A stretch of 64,000 bases of DNA from an uncultured Thiotrichales bacterium (GTDB taxonomy: Bacteria; Pseudomonadota; Gammaproteobacteria; UBA4575), in contig CAZWQM010000007.1 of the NCBI GenBank assembly GCA_964636225.1, positions 7,518 to 71,517 of the forward strand, given 5' to 3'. Below, in pieces: positions 32,687 through 42,306 of this stretch (position 1 is its first letter; every line of letters begins with the position of its first letter). Below the pieces are notes generated by a model that made no database searches, was not told the DNA's origin, and saw only the letters and a list, made by a program, of their open reading frames with translations. The position numbers and the translations under genes are program-made.

Positions 32687-33699
32687 TATACCAGGCGCGT
32701 AATAGGAATAATCGCGAGGGCTTCTATCTCAACCGATAAATCAGTACGACACATATCACCCTGTAAATAATATACAGCTGCACTATGTCCTAACCTTAAT
32801 TGTATATGCGTGCGTACCGTATCAAGGTGTTCAGGATTTTTTATATAGACTTTAAACTGCGAAAAATCCTGTAGCGAGATTGATGTCATTTGATGTTCAG
32901 ACACTGCAGTAGAAACAAGCTGCTCAATATTGGAAAGGCACAGTTCGGTTTGGCGATTTATATCGCCCTCGAACTGAGTATTGTGTCCCGTTATACTGGC
33001 GGTACCTGAAACAAATAATATCTCTTGCTGATTGTTGCGATGAAGTAATGCGCGCGAAAACAAAGGAGGATCCTTACTGTAAATTGGCGGGTACTCAAAT
33101 GCGCTGACCTGAAGTGTATTTTCAATACCAATTCCAGGTTTTCTGGCCGCAATAAAAAATATTTGCATTTCTGGCAACTGGCTGCCAATCACAGTGGCTG
33201 CAGGATAAGATTGATCGTTGACAGCGTTATTTTGATAGGCGCGAGTTCTGCCGCTGCAAAATAACTGGTAGTTATTTGAATTCGGATAAATGTCTTGAGT
33301 GATCTCAGGAAAATAATTCCAGGTGCGTATCAAGTACGGATATTCATGAGCCTGCATAATTTCAAAAATAGCTTGATAGGCTTGTTCACTGGCCTGATCG
33401 ATTGGTGCATATGCAGTTATGGCATCGGGTACACGAGCCATTAAATATTGTTCATTAAGATATATTTGCCAGTCATCCGTGCGCTCTGAGTGATTTACTA
33501 GCCCCTTCCAGGATTCAAACATTTGTTCGTGCTGTAATGAAGGAATAGCAATAGTGGGGAGTTGGTGAATAATATTTTCAGCAGGCTTGATACTGTATCT
33601 GACAGTAAAAAATTCATGTAAATCAGCAATTACATCTGTGCTCACTTTTACATTAAGCATTTCTTCAGCCGATCCATTTGTAATAGCAGGGTTATTCAT
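32686..33699 (-). CDS. chorismatase-like protein, FkbO/Hyg5/XanB2 family
   Basis: RTWNY, YQLFCSGR, PAATVIG, IEN.LQVSAFEYP, PPLFSRA, VSGTASITGH, DMCRTDLSVEIEA; ATG at 33699 avoids overlap with the upstream gene. Confidence 0.85.
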   Translation of the reverse strand: MNNPAITNGSAEEMLNVKVSTDVIADLHEFFTVRYSIKPAENIIHQLPTIAIPSLQHEQMFESWKGLVNHSERTDDWQIYLNEQYLMARVPDAITAYAPIDQASEQAYQAIFEIMQAHEYPYLIRTWNYFPEITQDIYPNSNNYQLFCSGRTRAYQNNAVNDQSYPAATVIGSQLPEMQIFFIAARKPGIGIENTLQVSAFEYPPIYSKDPPLFSRALLHRNNQQEILFVSGTASITGHNTQFEGDINRQTELCLSNIEQLVSTAVSEHQMTSISLQDFSQFKVYIKNPEHLDTVRTHIQLRLGHSAAVYYLQGDMCRTDLSVEIEALAIIPITRLV

Positions 33700-33707
33700 G
33701 AGTGTAT

Positions 33708-35063
33708 TTAGTGCTTGTGTCGCCACCAGTGAATGCCAAAGCCTGTTCCAATGAGTGCACCAGGGACCAGTAATAACAGGATTAAGGCAATGTACATTAC
33801 ATCCTTATCTTCAAGTTCTATCGTTTGGTCAGCTATCGCTTGGTGTGTGATGGATATTAATTTATCGTCTTCGCTTAGCCAGTTAAAAATATTCAGAGCA
33901 AGAGCAAAGTTAGCGCCGTGGCCAATATAACCATTCGCAATGAAATCTGAATCACCAATAATGACAACTCGTTGCTGCTTTTCATTCACTTGTCTTGATA
34001 GCGCCAGTCCCAATGCCAGTGGCCCCTGAGTATCCCCCTGCTCCTGTTCGTATGTTAACTTATCTGTATTTATCTCACCAACTTCTGCCCACGACCGCTG
34101 CAGTGAATTGAATAGAGTTTGTGTTTTCCAGTCAGAATGGGTGCGATGTTGTAATGCCGCCGCAAACGGAAAAAGCAAATGTGACTCAAGTTGTGCAGTG
34201 ATGCTATGTTTATTAAATTCTGTTATCGGAATCACTGCGACATGCTTAATTCCGAGAAGAATACGTAAAGTGGTATTTGCATCAATCACTATGCCTGGTA
34301 TGGGTTCAATGCCCAGCAGCTCATCCAGGCTGCTGAAATAATTCTGTTTTATGGGATCACGCAACCAAAGCAGATTGCCACCATTATTTAAAAAATTTTC
34401 GATTAACTTCAGTTCGCTGCCTAGATACGCATTTCTGGGGCCTGCGATCAGCAGAATCCGAGTGTTGTCGGGAATGAATGATTGCATGGCCAGATTGATC
34501 GATTGCACCTTAATTGCCGAGGCATTAAGTTTGGCAACTAGTTTGCTTAAGCCGTTATTGCCTGTATTCAAAGGATCTCTCTCACCATGCCCCTGTATTG
34601 CTGCAATCCAGGTGTCATTATTTCTTGCTAACTGAAACAAGGCCGCCGTCATTTCCTTCTCAGTCAGGCGATTGATGAAAATATGCCGATCAGCATAGCT
34701 AATCTTTAGTTGACCAAGCTGAGTGAAACCCAACTTGATGAGTTCTTCAGTGGGCAGTTGCGTGTCGACGAATTTATGAGAGATATCCTGCTTGAAGCGC
34801 TGGTATTTATTTATGAAGCGACTGACTTGCAGACGATTTTTATTTTCGCTAGTAAAATAGGCCTGTAAAGAAACAGGCTGGTCCATGCGTTGAAGTAATT
34901 CAATGCTGCTAGGGCTGAGCGTGTTACGATGATTGGAAGTCCAATCTGCCTGCCAGTTATACAGACTGTTAACCCACAAAAGGAAAACACTCGCGGCGAT
35001 ACTCAGCAGTGAGTACAGATAGAGTTTAAATCGGTAAAGGCGTTTGTAATTGCAAGTAGTCAA
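33708..35063 (-). CDS. GldG-like ABC transporter auxiliary component
   Basis: DWTSNHRNTLS, GHGER, LLIAGP, GGNLL, VVIIGDSDF, C-terminal TM helix. Confidence 0.88.
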   Translation of the reverse strand: MTTCNYKRLYRFKLYLYSLLSIAASVFLLWVNSLYNWQADWTSNHRNTLSPSSIELLQRMDQPVSLQAYFTSENKNRLQVSRFINKYQRFKQDISHKFVDTQLPTEELIKLGFTQLGQLKISYADRHIFINRLTEKEMTAALFQLARNNDTWIAAIQGHGERDPLNTGNNGLSKLVAKLNASAIKVQSINLAMQSFIPDNTRILLIAGPRNAYLGSELKLIENFLNNGGNLLWLRDPIKQNYFSSLDELLGIEPIPGIVIDANTTLRILLGIKHVAVIPITEFNKHSITAQLESHLLFPFAAALQHRTHSDWKTQTLFNSLQRSWAEVGEINTDKLTYEQEQGDTQGPLALGLALSRQVNEKQQRVVIIGDSDFIANGYIGHGANFALALNIFNWLSEDDKLISITHQAIADQTIELEDKDVMYIALILLLLVPGALIGTGFGIHWWRHKH

Positions 35064-35068
35064 GGCGT

Positions 35069-35821
35069 CTATTCTTTTTTAAACCGCAGATGAATAATAG
35101 ACAATCCGCTGAATAACATCGTAACGGTGACATAGTAAAAAATATCCTGGCTAGTTATCAAACCGGATAAAGGCGCCAGTAAGTGCGTGAAGCCAGAGAG
35201 GTACAGGAACAGATTGCTGCTGCTGCCCTCGGAAGTGGCTGAATAAAATAAAATGAATGAGAGCAGTAACACGCCAAGACAGCTCAACAAGGTAAAAATT
35301 ATATTTTGAGTTAATGTCGCGAGCCACACGCAGAGCGCGGCGTAACTTGTTTGAAACAATAGCATGCCTAGTATGGCGCAAAAAATTTTGCCCCAGTCCA
35401 GATCCACGATTGCTGAAATAGTCAAAGGGAACACAAGATTTAGCAGTGCAAACCCTAGCGCCACTGAAATGATTGCAAGCAGTTTGCTTGTAAAGATACT
35501 GGATACATGAACGGCAGCACTGCGTAGCAAACTATCCTGGTTACGAATTTTTTCTTCGGTTATCACGCGCAAAGTAAACACGGGTATCATTAACGCGCCA
35601 ATAATAGAACTCCAAAACAGCATCGGATAAAAAACGGCATCCGTGACGCCTGGAGCATTTTCCGCGCCGGCAAGATTAACCTGAATATCCAGATAAAAAT
35701 TATTTAAAAGAACAAGAAATAACAGAGCAATAATAACAAATGTCAGTCCAAGTATTATCCAAACCGGTGGCTGCATCCATACACGGCGCATTTCATTTAA
35801 AAATATATGCGTGAAAACCAT
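35069..35821 (-). CDS. GldF-like ABC-2 permease
   Basis: About six TM helices, LRVITEEK, TLTQN, GLITSQDIFYY. Confidence 0.85.
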   Translation of the reverse strand: MVFTHIFLNEMRRVWMQPPVWIILGLTFVIIALLFLVLLNNFYLDIQVNLAGAENAPGVTDAVFYPMLFWSSIIGALMIPVFTLRVITEEKIRNQDSLLRSAAVHVSSIFTSKLLAIISVALGFALLNLVFPLTISAIVDLDWGKIFCAILGMLLFQTSYAALCVWLATLTQNIIFTLLSCLGVLLLSFILFYSATSEGSSSNLFLYLSGFTHLLAPLSGLITSQDIFYYVTVTMLFSGLSIIHLRFKKE

Positions 35822-35823
35822 GC

Positions 35824-36744
35824 TTAATGAGTACCTCGTAAAACTTCGCTGACAAAAATATTTTCAAGCGTGTCTTTTATGTCGTAGATTTCTACCAGGC
35901 TCCACGCATGCGCTTGAGACTTTTGCAGTAAATCTTTTTTCACTTCATCCAGATCCGCGTTAGTATGTAATTCAATTGTATATGTATCTATGCTGATAAT
36001 TTTGTCGATGCTATGGATTTTATTTAATGCTTCGATGGGTGCAGTGTCGAGAAAACGCATGCGGATTTTCATAGTCTGCTGAAGATCATCAATGTTTTTG
36101 GAGAAGACTGTGTGACCCTGTTTGAGCATATGCACTCGATCACAGATTTGCTCCACATCATTTAAATGGTGAGTCGATAATAGAACCGCGGCTTCATTTC
36201 TTAAGTGCAGTATCAGGTCGCGCATTTCGTGAATCTGGGTGGGATCTAAACCGTTGGTGGGTTCGTCAAGAATAATTGCTCGAGGCTGATGGATAATTGC
36301 CTGGGCAATGCCAATTCTTTGCTGGTAACCTTTGGATAACTTTTTAATTAAGCGTCTGGCAACTGATTGCAGCTCACAGAAACGCTTAACTGTCTGCACG
36401 CGTTGTCGAGACTGTTCCCGTGTCATGTGGTGAATGCGAGCGCAATAATACAAATATTCATCCACAGTAAGGTCTTCATACAAAGGTGCTGTGTCGGGTA
36501 AATATCCCAGATTTTTTTTTGCCTTAAGCGGATATAAATTCAAATCAATATTGTTAATAGTGATTTGGCCTGCATCAGGTACCAGATCTCCGGTTAGCAA
36601 ACGCAGAGTGGTTGTCTTGCCTGCGCCATTAGTTCCCAGTAATGCCATGACTTCGCCGTGTACCAAGGTTAAGCTAAGCTGCTGTAACGAAGGCTGCTGG
36701 CGGTAATGATGGCTTATGTTACTGGCCTGAATAACGGGTTCCAT
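35824..36744 (-). CDS. GldA-like ABC transporter ATP-binding protein
   Basis: GTNGAGKTT, LSKGYQQRIGIAQA, LDEPTNGLDPTQI. Confidence 0.92.
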   Translation of the reverse strand: MEPVIQASNISHHYRQQPSLQQLSLTLVHGEVMALLGTNGAGKTTTLRLLTGDLVPDAGQITINNIDLNLYPLKAKKNLGYLPDTAPLYEDLTVDEYLYYCARIHHMTREQSRQRVQTVKRFCELQSVARRLIKKLSKGYQQRIGIAQAIIHQPRAIILDEPTNGLDPTQIHEMRDLILHLRNEAAVLLSTHHLNDVEQICDRVHMLKQGHTVFSKNIDDLQQTMKIRMRFLDTAPIEALNKIHSIDKIISIDTYTIELHTNADLDEVKKDLLQKSQAHAWSLVEIYDIKDTLENIFVSEVLRGTH

Positions 36745-36778
36745 GTGTGCAAGATTAAACTAATTGTTGAGAATTGAT

Positions 36779-38740
36779 ATGTCCGAATTTGTTGGTATCG
36801 ATACAGGCGGGACATTTACTGATTTCATTTTATATAAAAATGGCACATTTGTTACGTATAAAATTCCATCAACACCAAACGCGCCAGAACAGGCTATTCT
36901 GGCGGGCCTAAAACATCTAAATGTCAATCTTGAAACGGCACATATTATCCATGGCACGACAGTGGCCACCAATGCATTATTGGAAGGAAAAGGTGCGAAA
37001 ACCGCTTTCATTACCAATACGGGGCTTAAAGACATATTGCATATTGGTCGACAGACGCGTGATCAACTCTATAGTCTGAGCCCACAAAAAACTCGTCAAT
37101 TATTTGAAAAATCACTTTGCTTTGAAACGGCAGGTAGATTGCAGGCTGATGGCACTGAGCTTGAGCCCACATCCCATTCTCAGATACAGGTACTTAAACA
37201 AACATTGAAGGCCCAGGGCGTGGAAGCTGTGGCCATATGCATGTTGTTTTCATTTATGGACAATCGTCATGAGAGTGATATTCAGGAGCTGCTTAAACAA
37301 GACTTTTTTGTCACATGCTCCAGCCGTATATTGCCTGAACCACGCGAATACGAACGCGCCGTGTTGGCCTGGCTGAACAGTTATCTGGGCCCTGTTACCC
37401 AACGATATCTGCAAAAAATGCAGGCCAATGTGAGCACGCCATTACATATCATGCAAAGTGATGCCACTAGTCTGCCCGCCGTCCAAGCAGGAAAGACGGC
37501 CGTGCATTTATTATTATCCGGGCCGGCCGGAGGCGTGCTGGCGGCCACTTCAATCAGCCAAAACAGTCCATATAAAAAATTATTGACACTGGATATGGGT
37601 GGAACATCGACGGATGTATCCCTGATTGATCAGCAACCAAGCTTTACCAATGAAGGCCAACTGGCAGAATTTCCCCTGGCGATCCCCATGCTCGATATTC
37701 ACACCATCGGCGCTGGAGGCGGATCGATTGCTCGTGTAGATGAAGCGGGCCGATTGCATGTGGGCCCCGAATCTGCGGGTGCTGTGCCTGGGCCGGCATG
37801 TTACGGGCATGGAGGACAGCAGGCAACCATTACGGATGCGAATGTGGTGCTGGGTCGCTTGCCAGCTTCCAGAGCCTGGTCAGGTGGTCTGTCGTTAAAT
37901 ATGGCGGCCGCTCAACAGGCCATGGAGAAGATTGCTCATGCGCTAAACAGCTCAACACGGGATGCAGCGGTAGGCATTGTTCAGTTGGCCAATGCGCATA
38001 TGGTGCAGGCGCTTCGAGTGATTTCCATTCAACGCGGCTATGATCCGGCAGAGTTTAATTTACTTCCATTTGGTGGCGCTGCCGGCCTGCATATGTGTGC
38101 TGTAGCGAGGGAGCTGGGCATCCGTTCCATTGTCGTGCCTGTGAACTCGGGAATATTGTCTGCCCAGGGCATGTTAAATGCGCCTGCCGGGCAGCGTGTT
38201 ACTCAGTCCCTGTGCGCCCTGTGGTCAGAATTAACAGAACATAGCGTCGGGCAGTTAATCGAAAAATTACGCTTGCGGGCCGTGCGGCAACTGGAAAGTC
38301 TGAAATTGTCATGCACGCGTACCAGTCAATGGCTGGATATGCGCTATCGGGGGCAGTCCAGTACGATCAGTTTGCTCTGGTGTGAGGACCTGTTAACGCA
38401 ATTTCAGCGCGAACATGAAAAACGTTTTGGTTATTGCCTGTCGGTGGAGCTGATTGAACTCGTGACACTAAAGGTGTGGGCATATCATGATAGGCCGGCA
38501 CTTCAACTGGAAGGAGTGAATCAAGGAATGCCTGCGCAAGCCGTAGATTACGTATGTCTGTATGAAGAGGACACACCGGTCCCGCTGTATTTGCGCGGGC
38601 AGCTGGTCGCTGGGCAAGCTGTGATCGGCCCATGTATAATACTGGACGATGCCGGCACTCATTATGTGGAGAAACTGTGGCGTGGGCGAATAACCCCGGA
38701 AGGGCATATTCATCTGCAAATGCAGGAAGATTGTCCTTAA
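36779..38740 (+). CDS. hydantoinase A/5-oxoprolinase family ATP-dependent subunit
   Basis: GIDTGGTFTD, HGTTVATNALLE, SGPAGG, DMGGTSTD, GPESAGAVPGPACYG, FGGAAGLH. Confidence 0.93.
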   Translation: MSEFVGIDTGGTFTDFILYKNGTFVTYKIPSTPNAPEQAILAGLKHLNVNLETAHIIHGTTVATNALLEGKGAKTAFITNTGLKDILHIGRQTRDQLYSLSPQKTRQLFEKSLCFETAGRLQADGTELEPTSHSQIQVLKQTLKAQGVEAVAICMLFSFMDNRHESDIQELLKQDFFVTCSSRILPEPREYERAVLAWLNSYLGPVTQRYLQKMQANVSTPLHIMQSDATSLPAVQAGKTAVHLLLSGPAGGVLAATSISQNSPYKKLLTLDMGGTSTDVSLIDQQPSFTNEGQLAEFPLAIPMLDIHTIGAGGGSIARVDEAGRLHVGPESAGAVPGPACYGHGGQQATITDANVVLGRLPASRAWSGGLSLNMAAAQQAMEKIAHALNSSTRDAAVGIVQLANAHMVQALRVISIQRGYDPAEFNLLPFGGAAGLHMCAVARELGIRSIVVPVNSGILSAQGMLNAPAGQRVTQSLCALWSELTEHSVGQLIEKLRLRAVRQLESLKLSCTRTSQWLDMRYRGQSSTISLLWCEDLLTQFQREHEKRFGYCLSVELIELVTLKVWAYHDRPALQLEGVNQGMPAQAVDYVCLYEEDTPVPLYLRGQLVAGQAVIGPCIILDDAGTHYVEKLWRGRITPEGHIHLQMQEDCP

Positions 38741-38827
38741 ATATTGCGCAGTAATCGTGGTTTTTCTACAAGTCCGCGTATGATTTGTCGATAGATAAAG
38801 TTAACCAACGTCTTAAGGAATAATTTC

Positions 38828-40042
38828 ATGCTGGATGGATTATTACATATGCCATGGTGGGCGGATTTGATTGCCGTATTACTCGCAACTCATCTGACGA
38901 TTGTTTCAGTCACACTATATCTGCATCGCTGTCAGGCGCATCGTGCAATTACCCTGCATCCCTGGGTAAGTCATATTTTCCGTTTCTGGTTATGGTTTAC
39001 CACTGGACAGACCACCCGGGAATGGGTGTCTGTTCATCGCAAGCATCACGCCTTTACGGAAACGGAAAATGATCCTCATAGCCCGCATGTACACGGCATA
39101 CGCAAGGTGTTGCTGGAAGGCGCTGAGTTGTATCGCGTGTCCGCTGTCGACCCTCAAGTTAGTGAAGAATACGGACACGGTACCCCTGATGACTGGTTGG
39201 AAAATAATATATACAAGCGATACACCAATGTCGGAATTGGTACCTGCCTGGTTATTTACGTGCTGCTGTTTGGCCCGATAGGGCTGACATACTGGGCGAT
39301 ACACATGGCCTGGATTCCATTTTTTGCGGCGGGCCTGGTCAACGGCGCAGGACATTACTGGGGCTACCGTAATTTTGAGCCACAGGACGGTTCAACCAAC
39401 CTGATTAATATTGGTCTCATCATCGGCGGCGAAGAATTGCATAATAATCACCATGCCTACCCTAGTTCGGCACGTTTCTCCGTGCACTGGTGGGAGTTTG
39501 ATATTGGCTGGATGTATATTCGTCTGCTAAGCGCGGTGGGCCTGGCAGAGGTGAAGAAAGTTGCGCCAAGACCCAAACAGAATTCCAGCTTAGCCGAAAA
39601 AGACAAGCTTGATCTGGAGTCAGTACGTGCGATGGTCACGAGCAAACTGCATATCATGGCAGATTACGCCCGACAGGTGACTCGGCCTGTTCTCAAGGCT
39701 GAAATCGCCAGGGCTGAAGGAAATTATCGAAGCGCATTGAAACGTGTGCAAAAAGCGATTATTCGGGAGCGTAGTCTTATGACGCATCCACAGATTGAAT
39801 ATCTCAACCAGATCTTGCATGAAAATCTACAGTTAAAAACCGTTTACGAGTATCAGCAACGTCTGACCGAAGTGTGGACGCGTAAATACAGAAATAATGA
39901 AGGGATGCTGAAAGCTGTTGCAGAATGGTGCCAGGAGGCAGAAGCAACAGGGATAAGGGTCTTGGAGGACTTTGCGCGGTCGCTACGAAATTATTCTCTG
40001 CAACCGATTTATAATCACACCCGGCAGGTATATAGCGTGTAG
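38828..40042 (+). CDS. desA: DesA-type membrane delta-9 fatty acid desaturase
   Basis: His boxes HRCQAH, HRKHH, HNNHH; long C-terminal soluble extension typical of this family. Confidence 0.88.
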   Translation: MLDGLLHMPWWADLIAVLLATHLTIVSVTLYLHRCQAHRAITLHPWVSHIFRFWLWFTTGQTTREWVSVHRKHHAFTETENDPHSPHVHGIRKVLLEGAELYRVSAVDPQVSEEYGHGTPDDWLENNIYKRYTNVGIGTCLVIYVLLFGPIGLTYWAIHMAWIPFFAAGLVNGAGHYWGYRNFEPQDGSTNLINIGLIIGGEELHNNHHAYPSSARFSVHWWEFDIGWMYIRLLSAVGLAEVKKVAPRPKQNSSLAEKDKLDLESVRAMVTSKLHIMADYARQVTRPVLKAEIARAEGNYRSALKRVQKAIIRERSLMTHPQIEYLNQILHENLQLKTVYEYQQRLTEVWTRKYRNNEGMLKAVAEWCQEAEATGIRVLEDFARSLRNYSLQPIYNHTRQVYSV

Positions 40043-40056
40043 CCGGGCGTTGTTGA

Positions 40057-40212
40057 CTACTTAATTTTTGCTTCTTTGTACAGTACGTGCTTGCGAATCA
40101 CGGGATCGTACTTTTTGATCTCCATTTTATCCGGCATAGTGCGCTTGTTTTTGGTCGTGGTATAGAAATGACCTGTATCTGCTGTAGATACTAATTTGAT
40201 TTTATCTCGCAT
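40057..40212 (-). CDS. rpmG: 50S ribosomal protein L33 (Zn-independent type)
   Basis: Manual translation [51 protein letters not shown]; follows rpmB. Confidence 0.98.
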   Translation of the reverse strand: MRDKIKLVSTADTGHFYTTTKNKRTMPDKMEIKKYDPVIRKHVLYKEAKIK

Positions 40213-40247
40213 GATGTAATCTCAGTCGTTATTAAACGGCTTTAGGC

Positions 40248-40484
40248 TTAAACAGCCTCTCCGCGGGAACGAATGTCTGCAAGTACAGCATCAATCCCTT
40301 TTTTATCGATAATTCGCATTCCTTTGGTAGATAAGCGTAACTTGACCCAACGGCCTTCGCTTTCCACCCAGAATCGATGGGTATGTAAATTTGGAAGAAA
40401 TCTACGGCGCGTTTTATTATGCGCGTGCGAAACGTTGTTTCCTGCAACAGGTCGCTTACCGGTAACTTGGCATACTCTAGACAT
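40248..40484 (-). CDS. rpmB: 50S ribosomal protein L28
   Basis: [10 protein letters not shown]...[19 protein letters not shown]. Confidence 0.99.
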   Translation of the reverse strand: MSRVCQVTGKRPVAGNNVSHAHNKTRRRFLPNLHTHRFWVESEGRWVKLRLSTKGMRIIDKKGIDAVLADIRSRGEAV

Positions 40485-40618
40485 GGTAAATATTCTTGTG
40501 TTTGTGTATTACGTATGGGCGGCGTACCTTAACAGAAAGGTATATGCTAGACAATATATAGACGCAATCGAATAGTGATTTGCTGATCAGATAATTATTA
40601 AGGAAAGTTAACGGGATA

Positions 40619-40975
40619 ATGGACACAGTATTTATACGTGATTTGAGCATGGACGCAGTGATAGGCGTTTTTGGCTGGGAACGACAGGTGCGCCAAAAAA
40701 TTACTATAAACCTCGAAATGGCGACCAATATCCGCAAAGCGGCGGAGACAGATAACCTTGAGTATACCATTGATTATAAAGCAATTTCTCAGCGTATTCG
40801 TGTTCTGGTGGATGAAAATCAGCCAAAATTGGTGGAAACCTTGATCGAGTTGATTGCCTCTACGGTTATGAAAGAATTCAATATTCCCTGGTTACGTATC
40901 TCCATCGCCAAACCTGGAGCGGTGCGTGGTTCAGCAGCAGTAGGTGTGACTATCGAACGCGGAAACCGTGACTAG
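40619..40975 (+). CDS. folB: dihydroneopterin aldolase
   Basis: VIGVFGWER, TIDY, KPGAV, VGVTIER. Confidence 0.96.
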   Translation: MDTVFIRDLSMDAVIGVFGWERQVRQKITINLEMATNIRKAAETDNLEYTIDYKAISQRIRVLVDENQPKLVETLIELIASTVMKEFNIPWLRISIAKPGAVRGSAAVGVTIERGNRD

Positions 40976-40977
40976 AA

Positions 40978-41475
40978 ATGACTCGGGTTTATATTGGCAT
41001 CGGTAGCAATATCGATAAGCACATCCATATACCTAAAGTCCTTAAGGAGTTGAAGGAAATGTTTGGTGAATTGCATGTTTCACCCATTTACCAAACGGCA
41101 TCAGAAGGATTCAGCGGTGAAGATTTCTATAATCTGGTAGTGGGTCTGGAAACTGACATGACCGCACAGGAAATGCGCCAATACTTAAGAGGGCTAGAGG
41201 CCAGTCACGGTCGCATCCGGGATAGTAAGAACCAGTTTATTTCAAGAACCATCGATCTGGATCAGTTGCTGTATGGTAGTCAGCAGATCAATCGGGACGG
41301 CGTGCATGTGCCAAGCTCGGATATCACCAAATACGCGTTTGTACTCAAGCCGCTGGTAGATATCGCCGGAGAAATGCGCCATCCCATTCTAAGAACATCT
41401 TTTGCTCAGCTATGGAAAAATTTTGATAAGGACAAGTTGGAGTTAAAGCGGGTAACTGAAATCCATCAGTCTTAG
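40978..41475 (+). CDS. folK: 2-amino-4-hydroxy-6-hydroxymethyldihydropteridine diphosphokinase
   Basis: YIGIGSN, FYNLV, RTIDLD, AFVLKPL. Confidence 0.92.
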   Translation: MTRVYIGIGSNIDKHIHIPKVLKELKEMFGELHVSPIYQTASEGFSGEDFYNLVVGLETDMTAQEMRQYLRGLEASHGRIRDSKNQFISRTIDLDQLLYGSQQINRDGVHVPSSDITKYAFVLKPLVDIAGEMRHPILRTSFAQLWKNFDKDKLELKRVTEIHQS

Positions 41476-41478
41476 CGG

Positions 41479-42222
41479 CTAGTTGCTTAAAGTGCGTCCT
41501 CCATCCACGGCGATAATTTGTCCTGTAATATAGTTCGCTGAATTGGTGAGAAACCAGACAGTGTCCGCGATATCGGATGGCTGCCCCTCATGCTTTAATG
41601 CGGTGCGTTCAATAATTTCCTGATGCATGGGTTCGAACTCTTCAATTTCCGGCCACATAATGGCGCCGGGAGAAATACCATTAACCCTGATATCAGGTGC
41701 CAGTTCGCGTGCCAGTGACTTAGTCAACATGGCAAGCCCGGCTTTGGCAATACAGTAAACTGTATAACCTTTTAGCGGACGATCCGAATGAATATCGACA
41801 ATATTAATGATGCAGCCTTTTTGCGCAGCCAGTGACGAAGCCAATGACTTGCTCAGAAAGAGCGGAGCCTGAAGGTTAACACCGACTAAATCATTCCAAT
41901 GTTGGAGGCTGATATCCTGAATGGGTGTAGGGTGAAAAGTGGAGGCATTGTTAACCAATACATCAAGCCTTCCCCATGCGCCAAGTACCTGAGAAGTAAA
42001 ATCATTCAGTTGATCAACTTTGAGTAAATTAAATGAAATGGTTCGCACGCTGTCTTTACGCGCTGCATTCAGTTCACTCGCAATCGCGCTGGCGGCCTCA
42101 TCAGAACCATTGTAGTGTAGTATCACGCGCAGACCTTCTGAGTGAAGTCGACGCACTATTTCTGCGCCAATGCGTTTGGCTGACCCGGTCACCAGGGCAA
42201 CACGATTAGCTGAATCATCCAT
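41479..42222 (-). CDS. pteridine reductase (FolM/PTR1-like SDR)
   Basis: TGSAKRIG, LVNNASTF, YCIAK, ITGQIIAVDGG. Confidence 0.92.
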   Translation of the reverse strand: MDDSANRVALVTGSAKRIGAEIVRRLHSEGLRVILHYNGSDEAASAIASELNAARKDSVRTISFNLLKVDQLNDFTSQVLGAWGRLDVLVNNASTFHPTPIQDISLQHWNDLVGVNLQAPLFLSKSLASSLAAQKGCIINIVDIHSDRPLKGYTVYCIAKAGLAMLTKSLARELAPDIRVNGISPGAIMWPEIEEFEPMHQEIIERTALKHEGQPSDIADTVWFLTNSANYITGQIIAVDGGRTLSN

Positions 42223-42306
42223 AAATAATCCTGATGGTTAGATTTTTGATTAATGTACCATATAGTTCGCTTGTATTTGACGTCGACTTGGATAGGGCAG
42301 TAATAA

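Noticed and set aside
39600-40042. C-terminal domain of DesA, which can resemble an ISL3 transposase fragment
   Set aside because: It is a normal part of this desaturase family; no inverted repeats or separate transposase seen.
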